Source of the DNA: Archangium sp.
GTDB taxonomy: Bacteria > Myxococcota > Myxococcia > Myxococcales > Myxococcaceae
DNA length: 21,758 nucleotides
Assembly: GCA_031367385.1 (NCBI GenBank)
Contig: JANLPS010000472.1
Location: 1 to 21,758, forward strand
Reading direction: 5' to 3'
Part shown: in pieces, positions 15,684 through 21,758 of the stretch
Numbering within the stretch: position 1 is the stretch's first letter
Layout of the letters: every line of letters starts with the position of its first letter
The notes under the pieces: generated by a model
What the model saw: the letters and a program-made list of their open reading frames with translations, nothing else
What the model was told of the DNA's origin: nothing
Databases searched by the model: none
Made by a program: the position numbers and the translations under genes

Positions 15684-16742
15684 CTAGTTGGGGGCCGCAC
15701 CCAAAGCCATCGTTTCGACCGTGGCGAAGCCTTGAAGAAACTGCCCCATTGGCATCAAGAAAATGCCGTCGTCTTTTCGCAGCCGCCCGCTGGGCTCATG
15801 CTCGCCCCAGGGGTTGCGCAGCTTGACGAACTTTTCGCCGCCATGCTCTTCGGTGCCCAACACCGCGTAGGCATGGTCGGCCACCAGCCCATCGATGCCG
15901 GTGTCTTCGGGCTTCGAGAGCGCCACCACGCAGCCGCCCGCCTCATTGACCAGCTGCAGCTTCTTGAACACCTCGTCGTGGTTCATCGCGGTCGACACCA
16001 CGAAGAACGAGGGCGTACCCCCCGTCAGCGCCTCGAGCGCGTTCGCCGCCATGCCCGCTTCAATCGCGTCGTACCCACCCTTCCACGCGGCGTAGGCCTT
16101 CTCGAAGATCAGCGGCCAGAGCTCTTTGGGGTTGCGAGCAGCGGCGTACTCAGGCGCCCCACGCCGCACCGGCAGGAGCGAATCGACCGTGACGCTCACC
16201 GGCACCGGGGGCAGCCCACGCACCGGCCGCGATTGAAAGGTGACCGTGTAGGTGCCGTCGTGGTGGTCGACGATGGCGTTCTGGAGCAAATCGGGGCGCG
16301 CATTGGCGACCGAGACCAGCGACGAAATGAAGTAGCAGTCGCCCACCTGGCCCTGCAGCGCGTCGTCGGCTCCGAAGCCGCCGATGACCAGCTGCCCGAC
16401 CCTTTTTTCCCAATGCACCTTGCCGCTCTTGAGTGAATCGGGCGTCAGCGCGGGCTGCTTGACCTGCTTCGCTCGGCCCACCTCCGGGGCCATCACCGCC
16501 AGCTTCGACGCCTCACCCGAGGTGATGAACTCAGTGAGCTTGGCGCGGGCCGCGGTGTCGAAGTGGTCGCTGTGCTGGTCGATGAAGCCGGCCAGATAGT
16601 GTGCCTCGACTTCGCTGAGCTTGCCGGTGCGGGCCTCATGAATGAGCACCGAGGCCTCGGCGTCGCTGAGCGTGCCGTCAGACAACATGCGCTTGAGCCG
16701 CGCGACGTACTGGTCACCTTCAGCGCCGATTTTCGAGGGCAT
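15684..16742 (-). CDS. Calpain-like cysteine protease (peptidase C2)
   Basis: QGQVGDCYFISSL (Cys), WPLIFEKAYA, DHAYAV (His) and LRNPWG (Asn): complete catalytic triad. Confidence 0.93.
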   Translation of the reverse strand: MPSKIGAEGDQYVARLKRMLSDGTLSDAEASVLIHEARTGKLSEVEAHYLAGFIDQHSDHFDTAARAKLTEFITSGEASKLAVMAPEVGRAKQVKQPALTPDSLKSGKVHWEKRVGQLVIGGFGADDALQGQVGDCYFISSLVSVANARPDLLQNAIVDHHDGTYTVTFQSRPVRGLPPVPVSVTVDSLLPVRRGAPEYAAARNPKELWPLIFEKAYAAWKGGYDAIEAGMAANALEALTGGTPSFFVVSTAMNHDEVFKKLQLVNEAGGCVVALSKPEDTGIDGLVADHAYAVLGTEEHGGEKFVKLRNPWGEHEPSGRLRKDDGIFLMPMGQFLQGFATVETMALGAAPN

Positions 16743-16771
16743 GGCGGCGCACCCTACTCACAAAGACCCAC

Positions 16772-17746
16772 CTACAACCAGCCGGCGGCGAGGTAGCTCT
16801 CGGCGCTGCGCCGCAGCGAATCGTGCACGGTGCGCTTGGGCGTAAACCCCAAGACCCGCTTGGCCTTTTCGATGCTGCACGTCCACCCCGGGGCGAGCAG
16901 CTGCCTCGCCAGCTTTCGGTTGAGGGGCAGTTTCTTGCCCGTGGCGTTGCTCACCAGGTCAGCCGTGGCAGCCAGGCCACGCAGCACCATCGGCGCGAGG
17001 GGCACGGTGCGGGTCTTCACCTGGAGCAGCCGCGCGGCCTCGGTCATCAGCTCCTGCACGGTCAGCGTCTCGTTCGAGGCGCAGAAAAAGGCTTCTCCGC
17101 TGGCCTGCGGCAAATCGCCCTGCAGCAGCAGTTGGTCGACCACGTCTTCGACGTCGACCATCGACAACCGGCGCTCGGGCCCGAGAATGCGCAGCACGAT
17201 GCCGCGCTTGACCAGCTTAAAGAAGGTGAGGTTTTCGCGATCTCCGGGGCCGATGATTCGGGCCGGCCGACAGCTGGTGACCTCGAGCTGCGGGGCAAAC
17301 GAAAAGGCGATTCTTTCAGCCTCGGCCTTCGACTCGCCGTACCATTCCTCCGGGGAAAACGGGTCTTCTTCACGGCGGGGCACGCCGCCCACCGAGGGGC
17401 CGGAGGCGGCCAGCGAGCCCACCAGCACCAGGCGCCTGGCCGCCGCCTGCACCATCGCCTGCGCGACGACCCGAGTGCCTTCGGCGTTGACCCGCATGAA
17501 CTCGTCTCGCGTGGTGCCGCGGCGAATGCCCGCGAGGTGGTAGACAATCTGCACACTCTTGAGGGCAGCAGGCAGGCTCTCGGGCTGCGTCACATCGCCG
17601 CGTACGAGGGAGATTCGGGCTGAATCGAGGGCCGACGCGTCACTGTCAGGGCGCACCAAACACACCACCTCGTCGCCTCGCGCGGCCAGTCTTGAAGCCA
17701 GCCACGCGCCGAGAAACCCGTTGGCGCCGGTGATGAGAATTCGCAT
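16772..17746 (-). CDS. NAD-dependent epimerase/dehydratase (extended SDR, 324 aa)
   Basis: MRILITGANGFLG Rossmann motif, VYHLAG, VNAEGT and YGESK (YxxxK); start moved to ATG 17746. Confidence 0.93.
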   Translation of the reverse strand: MRILITGANGFLGAWLASRLAARGDEVVCLVRPDSDASALDSARISLVRGDVTQPESLPAALKSVQIVYHLAGIRRGTTRDEFMRVNAEGTRVVAQAMVQAAARRLVLVGSLAASGPSVGGVPRREEDPFSPEEWYGESKAEAERIAFSFAPQLEVTSCRPARIIGPGDRENLTFFKLVKRGIVLRILGPERRLSMVDVEDVVDQLLLQGDLPQASGEAFFCASNETLTVQELMTEAARLLQVKTRTVPLAPMVLRGLAATADLVSNATGKKLPLNRKLARQLLAPGWTCSIEKAKRVLGFTPKRTVHDSLRRSAESYLAAGWL

Positions 17747-17895
17747 GTGGTTTGAGTCTCCCTCGAAAAAAGTTGATCGAGGGGCTGTTTTTCGCCGGGG
17801 GCGGTGGTACTCACCGCATCCCGGTTCGCACTGTGGAACCGCGTAACGTCCACCCGTCCCCTTCGGAGGGGGAGAGAAAAAGGAACACAAACACA

Positions 17896-18189
17896 ATGGC
17901 CGCCAAGAAGCCTGCTGCGAAAAAGACTGCCGCGAAGCGCACCCCGAACGCCGCGTTCATGAAGGCGATGAAGCCCTCTGACGCCCTTGCCGAAATCGTC
18001 GGCGAGAAGCCCTTGCCCCGCACGGAAGTGACCAAGAAGGTGTGGGCGTACATCAAGAAGAACAACCTCCAAGACGCGAAGGACCGCAAGAAGATCAACG
18101 CGGACCCTGCGCTGCAGAAGGTGTTCGGCGGCAAGAAGTCAGTCGACATGTTCGAGATGACCAAGCTCGTGAACAAGCACCTCAGCTGA
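17896..18189 (+). CDS. Stand-alone SWIB/MDM2-domain protein with a basic AAKK-type N-terminal tail (97 aa)
   Basis: MAAKKPAAKKTAAKRTPNAAFMK...PSDALAEIVG...PRTEVTKKVWAYIKKNNLQD...INAD...MFEMTKLVNKHL; A-rich leader with AAGGA. Confidence 0.93.
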   Translation: MAAKKPAAKKTAAKRTPNAAFMKAMKPSDALAEIVGEKPLPRTEVTKKVWAYIKKNNLQDAKDRKKINADPALQKVFGGKKSVDMFEMTKLVNKHLS

Positions 18190-18223
18190 AAAAAAGCTGA
18201 CGTCACATTGATTCACGCAGATT

Positions 18224-18264
18224 GAAGGGCCTGTCGCGAAATCGACAGGCTCTTCGCATTTTTT
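18224..18264 (+). terminator. Rho-independent terminator of the SWIB gene
   Basis: GAAGGGCCTGTCG (18224-18236) pairs with CGACAGGCTCTTC (18243-18255), followed by GCATTTTTT. Confidence 0.8.
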
Positions 18265-18284
18265 ACAGCTAAACCTCGCACCGC

Positions 18285-19874
18285 ATGCAGCGTTGGCTCT
18301 CCCCTCGAGTCGGTTTCGGTTTGGTCGCTGCGCTGTACCTGTTGTCGTTTCCGTACCACCCGGGGCTGCGCTCACCCAATGAGCTGTGCCGCCTCTGGCA
18401 GTCGCGCTCGCTCATCGACACGCACACCCTGAACATCAACCAGACCCTGCGCGAGTACGGCGGCGTCGGAGACCTCTCGTGCGTCGCAGTCGCGATGGTG
18501 AACGGCGAGCGAACGCTGGTGCGCTGTGTCGGCGGTGAGGCGCCTCCGGGGCCTGTCATCGAGCAGTGGTACTACCCGTCGAAGGCGCCACTCACCTCGT
18601 TTCTGGGCGCGCCCGTGTATGCTGTGCTGAAGGCGATTTCGAACCCGGTGCCCGAGTTGGCGCAGGTGTATTTCAGCCGGCTCTTCGTGACGGTGTTGCC
18701 GGCGCTGTGGTTGCTGTGGCTGCTGCGGCGCTTTCTGCGCGACGTCGTCTCGAGTCAGACCGCCGATGTGCTGACCCTCACCTACGGCCTGGGCACGATG
18801 GCCTTTAGCTACGCCGAGTCGTTCATGAGCCACCAGCTGACCGCGGTGCTGCTCTTCGCCGCCTTCTACGCCGCGTGGAGAACCGAGCGCGGCCAGTGGG
18901 CCTGGTGGGGCTGGCTGGTCGCGGGCCTCGCGGCGTCGGCGACCGTGGCGTGCGAGTACACAGGCGCCCTCGGGGTCGTCTGCGTCGCGACCTGGGTCGT
19001 CGCCAAGCGGTGGAAGAAATGGCCGCAGCTGGGTCAGGCCGTCGGCCTGGTGACCGTTGGCGCGCTGCCGTTGCTCGCGGCGTTGCTCGCCTACCACGCG
19101 GCGTGTTTCGGCAGCCCGTTCACCAGTGGGTACAAGTTCTTGAACGACGCGAACTACCAGGGGTGGCACGTCGGCGGGTTCTTAGGCATCGGGTTGCCCG
19201 ACCCGCGCGCGTTCGGGCTCTCGCTGTTTTCACCGCTGCGAGGGCTCTTCGCGCTCTCGCCGTTCTTGCTGCTGACCTTCGCCGGCCTCGGCGCGTTGCG
19301 GCGCAAAGAGCCGTCGCTCTTCGTGTTCATGCTCGTGCTGCTCGGGGCCAACGCGTATTTCACCTCGTCGTTTGCCTACGACTCCTGGGGGTGGACAGTG
19401 GGGCCCCGGCATTTGACGCCGATGGTGCCGTTTCTGATGGTGCCGGTGGGCCTGGCGATGGAGCGCTTCGGCCGGCTCGGGTTTTCAATCGCCGCGGGGC
19501 TGTTGATGAGCTCGGTGTTGGCGACCGGGCTGGTCGGCTTCGTGAACTACGTGCCTGACGATGTGTCGACCTCGGTCTGGGCGTTGGCGGTGCCGCTGCT
19601 CAACGATGGGTTCTGGCCGGTGTCGATTTTGGCGACCCTCATCGCCAACCCCGCCTCGGGAGCGGTGCTGTTCGCGCTGCTCATCGCGACGGTGCTCTGG
19701 CTGGGGCTCACGCTGCGGCCGGTGCCGGTGATCGCCATTCTGGTGATCGTGCTGCACTTCGGCACGCTGAGGGCGTTCACCCGGTACGACTCGGGCGATG
19801 TCGGGGCTTTGGCGTTCTTGAAGAAGGTCTGGCTGGCGCCGAGCGGCGCGACGATTCAGCTCTTCAAGAAGTAG
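18285..19874 (+). CDS. Polytopic membrane protein, probable GT-C-fold (PMT/ArnT-like) glycosyltransferase
   Basis: N-terminal TM then SPNELCR in the first loop, YYPSKAPLTSFL, LFSPLRGLFALSPFLLL and WGWTVGPRHLTP; about 12 or more TMs. Confidence 0.65.
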   Translation: MQRWLSPRVGFGLVAALYLLSFPYHPGLRSPNELCRLWQSRSLIDTHTLNINQTLREYGGVGDLSCVAVAMVNGERTLVRCVGGEAPPGPVIEQWYYPSKAPLTSFLGAPVYAVLKAISNPVPELAQVYFSRLFVTVLPALWLLWLLRRFLRDVVSSQTADVLTLTYGLGTMAFSYAESFMSHQLTAVLLFAAFYAAWRTERGQWAWWGWLVAGLAASATVACEYTGALGVVCVATWVVAKRWKKWPQLGQAVGLVTVGALPLLAALLAYHAACFGSPFTSGYKFLNDANYQGWHVGGFLGIGLPDPRAFGLSLFSPLRGLFALSPFLLLTFAGLGALRRKEPSLFVFMLVLLGANAYFTSSFAYDSWGWTVGPRHLTPMVPFLMVPVGLAMERFGRLGFSIAAGLLMSSVLATGLVGFVNYVPDDVSTSVWALAVPLLNDGFWPVSILATLIANPASGAVLFALLIATVLWLGLTLRPVPVIAILVIVLHFGTLRAFTRYDSGDVGALAFLKKVWLAPSGATIQLFKK

Positions 19875-19993
19875 GCAAAAGAAATTCTTCACCCATCTTT
19901 GAGGCTGTGGGTCTGACCCCCCGAGCCGGGCAGACCTGCTCACCACCACACATCAAACGCCGCCACCAGAGCGGCATTCACTGGAGCTACCAG

Positions 19994-21493
19994 ATGGGCG
20001 CACTCTTGCTTCTCGTCGGCCTCGCGGTTCTCGCGTTCGGCCTGTTCAATCACTTCAAAGGCAAACGCATTCTCTCGGCGCCGTTCAAGACGACCGGAGA
20101 CCTCGCGAAGAACCCAAGCTCACCCGACCCCAAGGGCGCGATGTCGACCGAGGGCCGGGTGTTGGCCCCCGCGCAGGCGTTGCTTTCACCGTGCAGCAAG
20201 ACGCCGTGCCTGTACTTCGAGGTGAAGGTCGAGCGGCTGTGGGAAAAAATCGAGACCACGCAAGATGGGTCGAAGACCGTCAAAGGCAGCGACACCCTCA
20301 CGACCGTCAAAGGCGGAGCGATCATCGGCCTCGACGACGGCTCGGGAGCGATCGCGGTCGACCTCTCGAAGGGCGCTGACTTCGACTCGATGAAGGCGGG
20401 CTTCAAGAAAGAGCTCAACGGCGGCAGCGGCAGCTCGCATCTGCAATTCGGAGAGCTCCGGTACGACGTACCCGTCTTGAGCGACGGCGAGAAGTACACG
20501 ATTGGGTTCAAGGCGACCGAGACCTACGTGCCGGTCGACGGCAGCCTCTTCGTGTTGGGCAAGATCGAGGGCAACAAAATCGTCAAGCCGGGCTGGCGTT
20601 CGATGATGGCGTCGGCGAAGGGCCGCGATGGGTTGCTCGGCAGCATTCAAAAGAAGAAGAAGTTTAGCTTCATCGGTGGCGGCGTCGCGGCGGCGTTGTC
20701 GATACCCTTGATGATCTTCGGGCCCAAGCCAGCGCCGGTCGACCCGAACGCGCCTTCGGCGTACTGCGAGCACACGCTGAGCGACGCGCGGGCGAAGTGC
20801 GAGTCGACGGTGAGCAGCACCGAAGGCGATTCATTCACGTGGGCAGTGACCAAGCCGGGGCACTACGAGCTCGCGGCGATCGCGCCGAACAAGAAGATCT
20901 CGCTCGACCCTGAGCTGGTGGTGAAGAACTCCGACGGCGACGTGCTGGCCGATGAGTACGGCGTGACCGGTGGCACTGCCAAGGCGTCGATTGACGTCGA
21001 GGCGGGCACGTACACGGTGGTGGTGAAGCCGGGCGATGCGTACATGGTGAAGGGCGGGTTCACCTATGAGCTCGAGATTCTGGCGACCGCGGGAGCGCCC
21101 GAGGCAGCCGTGGCCGAGGCGATGGCGGGTGAGCCGGGTGAGCCGGGTGAGCTCATCACCATCGACGCGCCGGCCTTGGCGGCGGAGTTCTTGAAGAGCA
21201 CCGAGAAGTCGATTGCGCGCTTCGACAACCACTTGATGCAGGTGAAGGGCATCGTGCTCGAGGTTGAGTCAGACCCCGCGTTCACCACCGTGGTGCTCGA
21301 CGTGCCGGTTGCGCCGGGCAAGTTCGCGGGCGTCAGCGCGACCTTGGGGCCGAAGGTGAAAGTGAAGAAGGGGCAGCTGATCACCGTCTCGGGCACCTCG
21401 GGCGTCGACCGCGATGGCGACCCGATGGTGCTGCTGGCCAACGCCGAGCTGGTCGGCGGCGCCCCGGTCGCGAAGGGGTCGAGCAAGAAGTAA
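19994..21493 (+). CDS. Two-TM protein with a GIDE-like domain, PPC-like beta-sandwich and C-terminal OB-fold-like domain (499 aa)
   Basis: ATG 19994 with GGAG at 19983. TM1, then EGRVLAP...LLSPCSKTPCLYFEVKVER...LDDGSGAIAVD...ETYVPVDGSLFVLG; TM2; LDPELVVKNSDGDVLADE...VEAGTYTVVV; ITIDAPALAAEF...MQVKGIVLEV. Confidence 0.7.
   Translation: MGALLLLVGLAVLAFGLFNHFKGKRILSAPFKTTGDLAKNPSSPDPKGAMSTEGRVLAPAQALLSPCSKTPCLYFEVKVERLWEKIETTQDGSKTVKGSDTLTTVKGGAIIGLDDGSGAIAVDLSKGADFDSMKAGFKKELNGGSGSSHLQFGELRYDVPVLSDGEKYTIGFKATETYVPVDGSLFVLGKIEGNKIVKPGWRSMMASAKGRDGLLGSIQKKKKFSFIGGGVAAALSIPLMIFGPKPAPVDPNAPSAYCEHTLSDARAKCESTVSSTEGDSFTWAVTKPGHYELAAIAPNKKISLDPELVVKNSDGDVLADEYGVTGGTAKASIDVEAGTYTVVVKPGDAYMVKGGFTYELEILATAGAPEAAVAEAMAGEPGEPGELITIDAPALAAEFLKSTEKSIARFDNHLMQVKGIVLEVESDPAFTTVVLDVPVAPGKFAGVSATLGPKVKVKKGQLITVSGTSGVDRDGDPMVLLANAELVGGAPVAKGSSKK
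21126..21152 (+). repeat. In-frame tandem repeat CGGGTGAGC x3, encoding a GEPGEPGE linker
   Basis: Three exact 9-bp copies between the predicted PPC-like and OB-like domains. Confidence 0.75.
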
Positions 21494-21503
21494 AGAAGGC
21501 CTT

Positions 21504-21531
21504 GAGGCTCGGCAACTCACCGCCGAGCCTT
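21504..21531. terminator. Hairpin between convergent genes, possible terminator
   Basis: GAGGCTCGGC (21504-21513) pairs with GCCGAGCCTT (21522-21531); only weak U-tracts. Confidence 0.5.
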
Positions 21532-21533
21532 GG

Positions 21534-21758
21534 CTAGTCTTTGAAATATCTGGAGACGATGCCGTTCATGATCTCCTTGGTCAGTGGCTTGGCGATGAAG
21601 TCGGTGACGAAGCCCCACGACCTGGCGCGCCGCTGATCATCTGGGTTCTCGGAGGTCGTCAGCATCACGATCACGACCCTGCTCTGAAGCCCCTCCTCGA
21701 GCCTGCTGTACTCTTCGAGAAAGTCCCACCCGTTCATGCCGGGCATGTTGATGTCGAG
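21534..21758 (-). CDS. Response regulator receiver domain (5' part outside the window)
   Basis: LDINMPGMNGWDFL (phospho-Asp), VMLTTS, FIAKPL and stop TAG at 21534. Confidence 0.9.
   Translation of the reverse strand, partial: LDINMPGMNGWDFLEEYSRLEEGLQSRVVIVMLTTSENPDDQRRARSWGFVTDFIAKPLTKEIMNGIVSRYFKD

Noticed and set aside
17747..17896. N-terminal extensions of the epimerase and SWIB ORFs given in the track
   Set aside because: They overlap each other across the divergent promoter region; family-typical starts are at 17746 and 17896.
15684..21493. Calpain, SWIB/MDM2 and GIDE genes as one eukaryote-like ubiquitin or proteolysis system
   Set aside because: Different strands and transcription units, separated by unrelated genes and a terminator. 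No E1, E2, RING or JAB gene is present, and each family occurs independently in bacteria.
1..21758. CRISPR array, tRNA/rRNA, IS or integrase, known anti-phage defence genes
   Set aside because: No regularly spaced repeats, cloverleaf or rRNA signatures, transposase/integrase motifs or recognisable defence domains were seen by eye.

Overview
GC-rich bacterial DNA, most likely from a myxobacterium (inferred from gene content and codon style). In order: a partial SppA protease, a secreted thermonuclease divergent from an AlkA-family glycosylase, and a hybrid histidine kinase. Next is a MoxR AAA+/ABC-transporter/membrane-protein cluster, split by a ~700 bp insert that holds gene remnants, an unlisted 47-aa peptide ORF and two hairpins. 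Then come a DUF4124 protein, a secreted HExxH protein, a pentapeptide-repeat protein, a calpain-like protease, an NAD-dependent epimerase, a SWIB protein, a GT-C-like membrane protein, a GIDE-like multidomain membrane protein and a partial response regulator. I saw no rRNA, tRNA, CRISPR array or transposase. Best leads: (1) the 47-aa ORF with a double-glycine leader-like segment and a C-terminal LRGG, divergent from moxR; (2) a CTGACA-N6-TGTCAG palindrome at a probably leaderless alkA promoter, resembling WYL-activator sites; (3) the GIDE/PPC/OB-fold membrane architecture; (4) a MoxR cluster with no DUF58 or VWA partner in the window. Family assignments come from motif recognition by eye, not database searches.
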